The notes under the pieces are model-generated. The model saw only the letters and a program-made list of their open reading frames with translations. It did no database searches and was not told the origin of the DNA. This document shows positions 8,804 to 18,400 of a stretch of 35,057 nt of DNA, piece after piece; the first letter of the stretch is position 1, and every line of letters starts with the position of its first letter. A program made the translations under genes and the position numbers. This DNA comes from a virus (Duplodnaviria; Caudoviricetes), in the IMG/VR virus record IMGVR_UViG_3300046025_000058, positions 1 to 35,057 of that record; one strand, written 5' to 3'.

Positions 8804-9442
8804 GATTTAACAGTCGATAGGAACTTTTCGGAATCGGCTATTAATAACATTCCTGATCGAAGTATCGCTGGTTCATTCGCGATCTGGCGGGCCGGATCGA
8901 CGTTAATTTACAATGGAACGATCCTGATCAGGCCGACTCTCTCACGTTGACGGCGTCAATACCCCACACTACTGTGAAAACACCAACTTCCCGATCCGGA
9001 ACGGCTCTATCCGTCCAGGTACTCTGTAAGGGAGAAAGAAACGGCCATTGTACGAAACGATACTGTTGCGACTGTGGAGCGCCCACAACGCCCCTACACC
9101 AACGCGCCGACGTCAAGAGAAGATAGAGAGAACAGACGTCGAACACGAAGACGAGTCGTTCAGACTCGACGTGATCCTACTCCCATCACGGCTTCGGGGA
9201 GCATCATACCCAAGAGGAGTGCAGCTGGATACTCAGCTTACGCGATATGGCGCGATCGTACTCTGCTGCGACGTATCAGATTGTAGTGGTTAGACACTAA
9301 TAAGGATTCTGGTAGCGTAGAACACGGTGGATAGAGCGACTCTATTACCAATACTCGATTATTCGTTTGACGAAAGTAGTATGATAACTTCGACGTCTCC
9401 GTTGATTTGACTCAGCGCCGGAGAAGTGTAAAAAGGTAGTAG

Positions 9443-9454
9443 TACCTATAGGTA
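9443..9454. promoter_or_regulatory. Perfect 12-bp palindrome TACCTATAGGTA, candidate operator of the rightward operon
   Basis: Lies 15-26 nt upstream of the ATG at 9469. Confidence 0.5.
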
Positions 9455-9468
9455 GATACGGATAGCCT

Positions 9469-9678
9469 ATGTCGGATGTCTCGGGTGACGATTTTACGAG
9501 TGTCTGCCTCACCGCCTGCGATAAGCGTCGCCTCGATGCAATTATCGAGGCGGAGTTTGACGGCGATGCCTCGTATCGACGAGTGATCAATGAGCTCGTC
9601 GACGAACACGGTGTTGATCACGACGAGGTGCTCTCGGAGCAGACGGTGGACGAACTCGCATACGGAGCTACTGACTAA
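9469..9678 (+). CDS. Ribbon-helix-helix-like DNA-binding protein
   Basis: Strand FTSVCLT, helix DKRRLDAII, then SYRRVINELVD. First gene of the rightward operon. Confidence 0.6.
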   Translation: MSDVSGDDFTSVCLTACDKRRLDAIIEAEFDGDASYRRVINELVDEHGVDHDEVLSEQTVDELAYGATD

Positions 9679-9679
9679 G

Positions 9680-10048
9680 ATGCAAACTGTGGACAATATC
9701 GCCTATCTAATTTGCTACTCTGCGGATGACGCTGCTGACTTTCCGAGTCTCACTGATCGACTCGAGGAGACGGCGTCACGCCTCTCGAACGCTGACGTCG
9801 GTGAGGACGACGCTGGCAACGTTGTGATTGCTGTCGGGCGACGACACGATCACGGCGAGTCGGAGCTACTCGATCGGATCGAAGACTATGCTGGACAGCT
9901 TGAGAGCTACCAGGCGCGTCGTGATCGCCACGACGAGTGTATCGATCATGATGGAGATCCCTACGGCCGAGACGACGATGAGAGCCTGATGGATCGCTTT
10001 GGTGAGGAGATTCGTGATGACGAACTCGATGGTGATCACGATGAGTGA
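9680..10048 (+). CDS. Hypothetical acidic protein (122 aa, starts MQTVDN)
   Basis: ATG directly after the upstream stop (TAAgATG). Highly acidic. Confidence 0.7.
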   Translation: MQTVDNIAYLICYSADDAADFPSLTDRLEETASRLSNADVGEDDAGNVVIAVGRRHDHGESELLDRIEDYAGQLESYQARRDRHDECIDHDGDPYGRDDDESLMDRFGEEIRDDELDGDHDE

Positions 10049-10355
10049 TGGCGGTGTCCTCGACGAACTCGAGATCAACACCTATGATGTCCCTGTCCAG
10101 CTCGATTTGGCGAAGTTCGGCACCTATGACGAACTTGAGCTTGCAGTTGTCGAGACGGCTGCCAGCTCGATCGTCCGGCACGTCGAACAGTTTGACGAAG
10201 GGGATCAATCCCACATCACGACGAAGGTGGACTTCAATCGCGAGGGTGTCAAAGAGGCCTTTCACGACGACGAAACGGAGCACCTCGTCGTCGAGACGAA
10301 GACGCGACTGGGCGTCCTCGGTAACCAGCTCGAAGAGATCGAGATCGAACTATGA
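10041..10355 (+). CDS. Hypothetical protein (104 aa, starts MSDGG)
   Basis: GGTGA Shine-Dalgarno at 10031. Start overlaps the upstream gene end. Acidic. Confidence 0.7.
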   Translation: MSDGGVLDELEINTYDVPVQLDLAKFGTYDELELAVVETAASSIVRHVEQFDEGDQSHITTKVDFNREGVKEAFHDDETEHLVVETKTRLGVLGNQLEEIEIEL

Positions 10356-10672
10356 GTGAGGACGAAGTCGAGTGCGAATACTGTGGTGAGTCGTTCCATC
10401 CGCAGGGAATCGCTGCTCATCAGCGTCACTGTGAGCCTGGTGAGGATGACGAGGGAGAGTCGGAACGGATGCTCGAACCAATCGAAGAGAAAGCAAACAG
10501 CCGGGATGGTGGCCTCTGTGTCGGCTGTGGGACTGATCGATCGCTCGTCTTCCATCGCATCGATCCAGACATTGAGGGCGATGTCACGAACATCGTGACG
10601 CTCTGCGCCGATTGTGAGTCGAAAATCGAGGGGCTCCGTCCCCTGACAAAACGGACGAAGATTTTCCACTAA
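10352..10672 (+). CDS. HNH-fold protein with N-terminal C2HC zinc finger; catalytic residues appear altered
   Basis: CEYC...HQRHC, then RDGGLCVGCG...VFHRI...NIVTLCADCE. ATGA overlap with the upstream gene. Lies upstream of the terminase genes. Confidence 0.8.
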   Translation: MSEDEVECEYCGESFHPQGIAAHQRHCEPGEDDEGESERMLEPIEEKANSRDGGLCVGCGTDRSLVFHRIDPDIEGDVTNIVTLCADCESKIEGLRPLTKRTKIFH

Positions 10673-10679
10673 CTCCATC

Positions 10680-10784
10680 ATGGCTACCAACGATTCTCTC
10701 TTTGCTCATTGCGAGGACTGCACTCGAGTGTTCAGCACTGACGACGAACTCGAACTCCACCAAGAGCGAGTCCACGATAACTGA
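10680..10784 (+). CDS. 34 aa single C2H2 zinc-finger microprotein absent from the ORF track (MATNDSLFAHCEDCTRVFSTDDELELHQERVHDN)
   Basis: Exact C-x2-C-x3-F-x5-L-x2-H-x4-H consensus. Fills the gap between HNH and TerS. Confidence 0.8.
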   Translation: MATNDSLFAHCEDCTRVFSTDDELELHQERVHDN

Positions 10785-10802
10785 CTGCGGTTTTCTATTA
10801 CT

Positions 10803-11246
10803 ATGACTGACGACAACGAAGAGACGCGAGGCGCACCGGAAGGAAATGATAACGCGGAGAAACACGGCGTCTATTCGGACAGAGAGCTATTGTACCAGCG
10901 TCTAAGTGATCACGAGCAGCAGCTCGTCGTCGACATTTCGACGGATCTCCTTGATCGCTTCGAGGGCGAGGTTGGTGCCTACGAGCGCGAGGCGATCCGG
11001 AACGCTGCTGTGGACACTGTGAAGCGACGCCGGGCGAACGAGTATATTGTTGCCCAAGAACTCATCAAGGACAACTCTGAGGCGTCTGAGCGCGCTAATA
11101 AGGCCTACTCGCGTCTTGTCAAGGACACGACTCGGGAACTCGAGAAGCTCGGCCTCCTCCAGGACGGCCCGGCGATGAAGTCGGCTGACGCCCAGGAGGG
11201 ATGGTTTAGCAAGCTCGCAGATGCATCGAGTTCGGACGACGACTAA
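10803..11246 (+). CDS. terS: Terminase small subunit
   Basis: GAPEGNDNAEKHG motif, helical, directly upstream of TerL. Confidence 0.85.
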   Translation: MTDDNEETRGAPEGNDNAEKHGVYSDRELLYQRLSDHEQQLVVDISTDLLDRFEGEVGAYEREAIRNAAVDTVKRRRANEYIVAQELIKDNSEASERANKAYSRLVKDTTRELEKLGLLQDGPAMKSADAQEGWFSKLADASSSDDD

Positions 11247-11310
11247 TCTCTACATTCCCTCTCTCACTCTCTGTCGCAGCGTCGCTTACTGACTGTCTAT
11301 CTCTGATATC

Positions 11311-12849
11311 ATGTCTACAGAAGCCGAGTCTAACCCGCTGGAAAAGTTCAACGATGGTGAAGATCGCTACATCAACTTCGCGGAGGATGTCCTTCAGACA
11401 TCGCTCACGAGCGTCCAGCAGCAAATCCTTCGGGAGGTAACGCTGAATCGCCAGACTGTCGTTTGCAGCGGGAACGGCGTCGGCAAGAGCTACTCAGTCG
11501 CTGTCCTGATCCTCGCGTTTCTCTATTGTAACAAGAACGGGAGTGTGCTCCTCACAAGCGGTTCGTACGCTCAGATGGAACAGACGGTATGGCCAGAGGT
11601 TAAGAAGCTGCTCAACGACGCTCGTGAGAATGGCTTCCCGCTCCCTGGAACGCCCAAGGAGGCCCAGCCCCGGATCGAATTCGAGAATCATCCGACGAAG
11701 TCATTCCAGACGATCAGCTCGAAGCACCCCGACTCGCTTGAGGGCCGACACGCTGAGTCCATGCTGGTGATCGTCGACGAGGCCGACAAGCAGGCGGTGG
11801 ATTCGGCCGTGCTCGAGTCGGCCAGATCGAGCGTGACGGACGACAACGACAGGTTCCTCGTGATCGGCAACCCGCCGAGGGAGGAATCCAACTCGATGTG
11901 GGAGGTACTCACTGATCCGAACTTTCGGACAGTGAATTTCACCTCCTTCGAATCGCGTAACGTCCAGATCGACGCCGGGCTGAAGGAAGGCGAAAAGCTC
12001 CCAGGCCTGGTAGACTTGAGCCAGGTAAAAGCCGACTGGCAGAACTGGCATCGGGGCAAGGAGTTCCCTGGCGTCGAGGCCTGCATGGAGATGGTGGAGC
12101 GAGACGACGCGACTGGCGTCCTCGAACCCACTATCGATGATCTCGACGAACGCTGGTATCGTCGACGCCTCGGCTGCATTCCAGCTGAGGGATCTCAGTC
12201 CGTCCGTCCATTCCACGTTGAGGACGTCTCGTCAGCAATGAATCGGTGGGACGGGATCAACGCCGACTACGAGCCTGACTACGACGCCTACGGTGTCGAT
12301 ATCGCACGAGGCGGTGGCGACAGGACGGTGATCGTCGGGATCACACCGAGTCGTGTAGATATCCTGGCCAACGTCGAGAGCCCGGGCGATCACGCCGTGA
12401 ACAAGCGTCTCGTCGAGGAGCATGTCGAGGACACGACGACGCCAGTCATTGTCGACGCGATCGGTGAAGGCTCAGGGATTGCAGACGAGCTCAGTCGAGA
12501 GTACAATGTTACTCGCTTCAAGGCGAGCGAGAAGGCGATCGAGCGCCAGAAGTACTACGACAAGCGCTCCGAGGCGCTCGGGAAGCTCGGCCAGTGGCTT
12601 GACGATGGTGCCGTTGATCCCAGCACAGAACTCGCAACTGAGCTTCGAGCAGGGGCCCGCCACATCGAGTTTGAGGAGAAGACGACGCGCTCGTCGCAGA
12701 GTTGGACGGCAACCTCGAAGGACGAACTGAAGCAGAGTGATTCGCTGGGCCGATCTCCTGACTTGCTTGATGCAGCCTCGTTGGCTGCGTGGGGTATGAT
12801 GGTTGAACAGGCCACCTCGAATGCAGGATTTGGATTCTACAGCTACTGA
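11311..12849 (+). CDS. terL: Terminase large subunit
   Basis: Walker A SGNGVGKS, Walker B LVIVDEA, coupling motif GNP, nuclease GVDIARGGGD and SPDLLDA. Confidence 0.95.
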   Translation: MSTEAESNPLEKFNDGEDRYINFAEDVLQTSLTSVQQQILREVTLNRQTVVCSGNGVGKSYSVAVLILAFLYCNKNGSVLLTSGSYAQMEQTVWPEVKKLLNDARENGFPLPGTPKEAQPRIEFENHPTKSFQTISSKHPDSLEGRHAESMLVIVDEADKQAVDSAVLESARSSVTDDNDRFLVIGNPPREESNSMWEVLTDPNFRTVNFTSFESRNVQIDAGLKEGEKLPGLVDLSQVKADWQNWHRGKEFPGVEACMEMVERDDATGVLEPTIDDLDERWYRRRLGCIPAEGSQSVRPFHVEDVSSAMNRWDGINADYEPDYDAYGVDIARGGGDRTVIVGITPSRVDILANVESPGDHAVNKRLVEEHVEDTTTPVIVDAIGEGSGIADELSREYNVTRFKASEKAIERQKYYDKRSEALGKLGQWLDDGAVDPSTELATELRAGARHIEFEEKTTRSSQSWTATSKDELKQSDSLGRSPDLLDAASLAAWGMMVEQATSNAGFGFYSY

Positions 12850-12870
12850 TCGATCTATCTACGATCTTAT

Positions 12871-14382
12871 ATGATTCGCGACAAGCTTTCTGACGCACGA
12901 GAAGCCCTTCTGGGCGACGGAGAACCGGACGTACAGACGCAGACACGCCGACTCGGCTACCAACCCTATCGAAGTGGTGGGATTGACTCGATCACACCGA
13001 CGACTGGTGAGCTCGACACGTACTGGGAGCAATACCAGACGTGCCCGCTCGTCCGAATTCCAATCCGGATGTATGCCGAGGACATTATCGAGCCTGGGTA
13101 TCGAGTCGACATCGATGATGATTCTCTCGCCGAGAAGCTGGAGTCCTGGCTCGAGGAGGCAGCTATCATTGCCGGTGAGTCTGATCGCGACGTCTCTCAA
13201 CTCTTCTACAACAAGATCATCCAGAAAGAAGTCCGGGGGACTGGACTAACTGAGATCGTTCCCCAGGAGGGTAACGAGGACAATATCTGGGGATTCCGAC
13301 TAATCAACGTAGCGACTGTCAACGGCTACACGTACGAGGACAAGGCGATCCTGATTCAGCCAGAGGATACTGATCACGATGGTGTTCTCCTCACTGATCG
13401 TGGTGAGGCAGCAGCCTACGGCCAGTGGGACAGTAATGCGTTTGCAGGCCCGTTCGACGACAAGAACACTGTCTTCCTCTCCCAGAATGACGTCGTCAAG
13501 ATGACACAGGACGAGGACACGAGCGAGATCTTCGGTACCTCGACGATCGAGCCTGTGTCTGATCAGATCGAGGAGCTACGTCAGATGCTCAACGACACAT
13601 CTGAGGCTGTCCACAGCAAGGCGTGGCCTCATTGGATATTCAAGCTCGGCGAGCCCAATGGCGACATCTCGAACCCCAGAGCGGGAATTTGGCCCGAAGA
13701 AGAAATCAAGAACTACCGGAACTCGCACAAAGGGGGCGAGTGGAGCGCTGGACAGAAGGACTTCGTCCCTGGTGACGTCGGCGTCGAAGTGATCGACTCC
13801 GACGTTCCTGAGATCAAACCGCTATTGAACTGGTACGTCGAACAGATCATCACGGCGATGCCGACGCCGAAGTACAAGATCGGCCACGCTGATTCCGTCA
13901 ACCGCGACATCACGAAGACGCAGCAGGAGCAGTACGAGCGTAAGGTGAAGCAGGAGCGTCGACGTCTCGAACGAGCGTTCACGCCCGTCATCCGTCGGAA
14001 GGCACGTGAGCTTGGTGCGTCCGAAGAACTCGCGTCGTCCGTCGAACTCAAGATCGAGGAGGATCGCACCGAGAACCCCCTCGAGCGAGACGACTTCGAC
14101 TCCAGCGAGTTCGCCGAGTTTGCTCAGGGGATCAACAACCTCGCTGGCGAGGGCAGCCCGAGCGAGATCGTCAAGCCCGACGAAGTGCGGGAGATGCTCG
14201 GGCTCACCACCCGTGCAAACAGCGAGGACGAAGACGACGGTGACGACTTCGAGGACGAGATGGCGTCCCTCGACGAAGACGACAAGGAAGTCCAGGCGCA
14301 GTTCGAGGAACTCTACGGTGAACCGCTGACGCCGGAGGACGGTGGGACGGACGAGCAATCGGCAGCTCCGAGCGCTGACTGA
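12871..14382 (+). CDS. Portal protein
   Basis: Follows TerL, 503 aa. FGTSTIE and C-terminal PDEVREMLGL are portal-like motifs. Confidence 0.88.
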   Translation: MIRDKLSDAREALLGDGEPDVQTQTRRLGYQPYRSGGIDSITPTTGELDTYWEQYQTCPLVRIPIRMYAEDIIEPGYRVDIDDDSLAEKLESWLEEAAIIAGESDRDVSQLFYNKIIQKEVRGTGLTEIVPQEGNEDNIWGFRLINVATVNGYTYEDKAILIQPEDTDHDGVLLTDRGEAAAYGQWDSNAFAGPFDDKNTVFLSQNDVVKMTQDEDTSEIFGTSTIEPVSDQIEELRQMLNDTSEAVHSKAWPHWIFKLGEPNGDISNPRAGIWPEEEIKNYRNSHKGGEWSAGQKDFVPGDVGVEVIDSDVPEIKPLLNWYVEQIITAMPTPKYKIGHADSVNRDITKTQQEQYERKVKQERRRLERAFTPVIRRKARELGASEELASSVELKIEEDRTENPLERDDFDSSEFAEFAQGINNLAGEGSPSEIVKPDEVREMLGLTTRANSEDEDDGDDFEDEMASLDEDDKEVQAQFEELYGEPLTPEDGGTDEQSAAPSAD

Positions 14383-14385
14383 TCT

Positions 14386-14427
14386 TTAACCAACACCAGC
14401 GCCCGTTCGTAGCCGAGTGTTGGTTAA
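14386..14427. repeat. Dispersed inverted repeat, copy 2: TTAACCAACAC-N20-GTGTTGGTTAA
   Basis: Perfect 11-bp arms filling most of the portal/minor-head intergenic gap. Confidence 0.9.
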
Positions 14428-14436
14428 CTTCTACCA

Positions 14437-15252
14437 ATGTCTGAGCAAGATCCCACCCGAACGAAGACGCTCCGGAAGGAGTTTGGCGCAGAGTTTTACA
14501 AGCGATTTCGCAGAGTGAAAGGCCACGTCCGAGAGTCGATCGAAGACAAGGACGTTCTCAGTCTGGGCTCACAACGAGTCCAGAACGATGCGCCTGATCC
14601 GTCGAGCTTCAAGTTCCTCACCGATCCCGAGAAGCGCGAGCGGTTCCAGGCCTGGCTCGAGAAAAAGGTGGCCGAAGAGGTGCTCGTCGTCGAGGATCGA
14701 GATGTAGTTCGTAATGGAGAGCACTACACGGCGGAGTACATCAGGAAGGCCTACCAGAAGGGTGTCGAGAACGCGACGTCCGAGCTCAACAAGAACGACG
14801 TCGATGCCGAGGAGCTGGAGAACGTCTTCAACAAGCCGATTCACGCTGAGAAGGCCGAGATACTCTATCTCCGAACCTACGACAATCTCGTAGGGATTAC
14901 CGAGGCGATGGACACGCAGATCTCCCGCGAGTTGTCGAACGCGATCACGCAGGGATGGAACCCGCGCAAGGCAGCTCGGAGCATTAACGATCGCGTCGAT
15001 AAGATCGGGCTCACGCGGGCCCGAACGTTGGCCCAGACGGAGATCATCCACGCCCACGCGGAGGGCACGCTCGATCGATACGAGTCGGCAGGTGTCGAAG
15101 AAGTCGAAGTCAGGATCGAGGTAGCCTCGGACGGCCGACAGTGTGTGCAGTGTGAACGACTCAGGGGTAACGTGTACACCATCGAGGAGGCCAGGGGGAT
15201 GATTCCCCTCCACCCTCGATGTCGGTGTACGTTCAGCCCTGTCATCGACTGA
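14437..15252 (+). CDS. Minor head protein (SPP1 gp7 / Mu gpF family)
   Basis: RARTLAQTE, CxxC, IPLHPRCRC. Follows the portal gene. Confidence 0.92.
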   Translation: MSEQDPTRTKTLRKEFGAEFYKRFRRVKGHVRESIEDKDVLSLGSQRVQNDAPDPSSFKFLTDPEKRERFQAWLEKKVAEEVLVVEDRDVVRNGEHYTAEYIRKAYQKGVENATSELNKNDVDAEELENVFNKPIHAEKAEILYLRTYDNLVGITEAMDTQISRELSNAITQGWNPRKAARSINDRVDKIGLTRARTLAQTEIIHAHAEGTLDRYESAGVEEVEVRIEVASDGRQCVQCERLRGNVYTIEEARGMIPLHPRCRCTFSPVID

Positions 15253-15272
15253 CACTACGGAGGATTCTATCT

Positions 15273-15461
15273 ATGCCACTTATTTGGACTAACGAAAACG
15301 ATCGCGTCGAACGGACTCACTACAAACCGGAACTGCTCGATGAGAGTCAGAAAGAAGGCTCGATCAGTGTCGACTCTGTGCCTACCCCAGATTCTGAGGA
15401 GGATGGAACGCCAGTGCTCTACTACACGAGCGAGAGCGGGTTCTGGTACCAGTACAAGTGA
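15273..15461 (+). CDS. 62 aa protein, possible fibre-associated chaperone (starts MPLIWTN)
   Basis: ATG at 15273. C-terminal PVLYY...FWYQY resembles small proteins adjacent to phage fibre genes (recalled, not searched). Confidence 0.6.
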   Translation: MPLIWTNENDRVERTHYKPELLDESQKEGSISVDSVPTPDSEEDGTPVLYYTSESGFWYQYK

Positions 15462-15469
15462 TCTAATTT

Positions 15470-18400
15470 ATGGCAGGAGACTACGTCTACGCAGGTGATG
15501 GGAGCGATCTCGTAATCTTCAATTCATCTGATGGTTCAGTTGATGAGCGTATCTCGTTTAGTGATGACATCCAAGGAGTCATGCCTGATATGGATGACAA
15601 CGTCTATGTTGGGCAGGATACAGGTGTTGTCAAACTCAATTCAGATCGGACGAAGGGATGGGAGTTTAGTGATGGATATAAGTCAGTTACCCAGATCGCA
15701 ATCGGGCCCAATCAAAACTACATCTATGTTGGGGAAAATGGGCGGTTCTACAAAATCGACATTGAGACGGGTGAGGAAGTTTGGGTAACGTACGTTCTTG
15801 ACGATCAACTCACTGACTTCACGTTCGACGAGCAGGGGAATGTCTACGCTTGCGCCTATCGAACGTCAACCGTCGTCAAGATTGATCCTGATACAGGGAA
15901 TACACTCAGCAGTTGGGATGAAGCTGCTGATGGGTTTCAGGTAGTTGGTATTCTTTATCACAACGGGGACTTCTACGCTGCTCCCTACGACACCAATGGC
16001 CTCTACAAGAACGATGGGTGGCAGGGTACCCAGTTGGGGTATTTCACTGACGTAAGCGCTGCAAGTCATTCCAATGTCGTTGTCGATGATAACGACATCA
16101 TCTACTTCGGGGAGTCCAACTACACGTGTGCTGTCTCCACTGACTTGACAAAGCAGTGGGAGACGTTCATGGACTCAAGCGCGAGCAACCCCTGGATGAC
16201 GTCTGTGAGTGTCTCTCCAGATGCGCTCTTCGTAGGTGAACGATCCGAGTATAATACTCACAGGCTCGCTAAGGACACTGGTGAGATCGAGTGGACGGGG
16301 ACGGAGGCTGGCCCGAGGTACGACGGCTCGATCGGTGCGTATCCACAGTACGAAGCCTACGGGAGTGACTGGGCTGGCACGACGACGAAGACGGCCTCGG
16401 CGACGAAGGTGAGCGCCTCGGCATCGTTCGAGACAGTCAGCGCGAACCGAATCGCTACGGCGAGCCCGAACACTGTCTCGGCCACCACAACGTTCGACAC
16501 GGTTAGTGCGAACCGAATCACCACAGTGAGCGCGAACACCGTTGCAACGACAGCTGACGCGTCGAGAACGGTTGGAGGAACTGCATCCACCTCGGTGTCT
16601 CCAACTGCTGTGACGGCGTCCACGACGCCTCAGACGGCGTCTGGAACTGCGAGTACGACGGCGAATCCTGAACTCATTACAGCGTCCACGACACCAACGA
16701 CTCCGTCGACGACTACCACAGCGACGCCTGGGACGACGATGGTTTCGGCGAGCACGACTCCGCTCACTGTCGACGGGACGGGGATCGTCTCCCCGGAGGG
16801 CCAGGACGAGCGTCTGCTCCTGAACTACATCGATCAGAACGCCGACAACCAGTTCCAGTGGCGTACCGCCGATGGGACTGTCGATCAGACTGTGCCCTGG
16901 GATGGGGCGCAGGGCATCTATCTCAGACTCCCCAGTGGAGAGTTCTACACCTATTATAGTGGGACGCTCTACAAGCGGGATTCGACTGGTGAGAACGTGC
17001 TGTGGAGTACGTCCACGCACGGAGGCCCCAACGATATCACGGTGACGCCTAACGAGCATCCGGTGATGATCTCCGACGCGGGCTCGGAGAGTGACTTCCT
17101 GCTCGAGTGTTTCGACAAGAACGATGGGACGCTCAAGTGGGATCTCAGTATCACGGGCTTCAGCGTGATCCAGCTCTCGAACGGGAACCTCCTTACCGGG
17201 AACGGGGACGTTCTCCAGGAGATCGATCCAACTGACGGGACGATCGTTACCGATCACGACACCGGCAACCACGATCGCTACTTCCGTCGGAACGAGAACT
17301 ACGTCTACACCAGTGATACGAGCACTCCGACGACGATCAGGCGTCACGACTTCGATCTGAACGTCGTCGATTCAATCGATCTCTCGTCGTACACCAGTAG
17401 TAGTGTAGTCGAAGCGATCGAGGCGGGTTCTGGTGGTGCGATCTACGTCGTGTACAGCGACGGAATGTTGATCAAACTCACCCAGGATCTCACCGTCGAC
17501 TGGACGTTCGACACCGGCTACTCGACGTCCATAGAACTCACTCCGAAGTTCAACGGAGGTGTCTACGTTGCACGGATGGGGACTGCGAGCGACTCCAAGT
17601 GGGGCCTCGTCGACGAGACGCCCCAGTTCGTCTGGACGGAGAGCAGCACGTCGACGTCGATCAGTGGTGGACACTTCGCGTCTGCTCCCCGTTACGATGC
17701 GTACACCACGGAGTGGACAGAGGGCGTCTCGGTGTCGGCAACGCCGTCTCACACCAGCGGGACAGCGGAGATGCTGACGCCAGGGAGTACGAGTGTAGCA
17801 ACAGGAGTACCCACCCAGGCAACGGCGTCGTCGACGATGATGCAGCCGTCGTCGACTGCGAGCGCGACGGCATCACCGATGATAGTTAGTGCGACGTCGA
17901 CGCCACTCACCCCCTCCGTGGCTGTCTTCGGAAACACGACGACTGCGGACGTAACGCACGTCACGGCGTCGACGTCGATGCACACGCCGGAGGGGACTCG
18001 CACCAACCTGGCGACAACCGAACACGTCACGGCGTCGACGACGATGGAGACGCCGGATGGGATCGCGAAAGGAATTGCGTCGCCGACGACTGTGACTGCG
18101 TCGGCAGAACCGTTGGCACCATCGAGCTCAACGTTCACGTCGGTGGAACCAGCCACTGTATCTGCGAATGCAACCTTCGATCCGGTGAGCGTCTACACGA
18201 CTGCACAGTCAGCTGTAACGCACGCCAGCGCGTCGACGTCGATGGTTACTGTTGAGGGCACCAGGATCAAAACAGCAACTCCAGACGTAGTCACGGCGTC
18301 TGCAACGATGCTCTCGCCGGAGAGCACTGGGATCGCACGTCCGTCGATCACGAGCCCGACTGCGTCTGCTGTCTCGCTGACTCCCACTGTGCAAAGCCAG

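Noticed and set aside
8911-9293. Possible decayed gene (YCCDCG fragment and short ORFs)
   Set aside because: Fragments lie in different frames and match no family I recognise.
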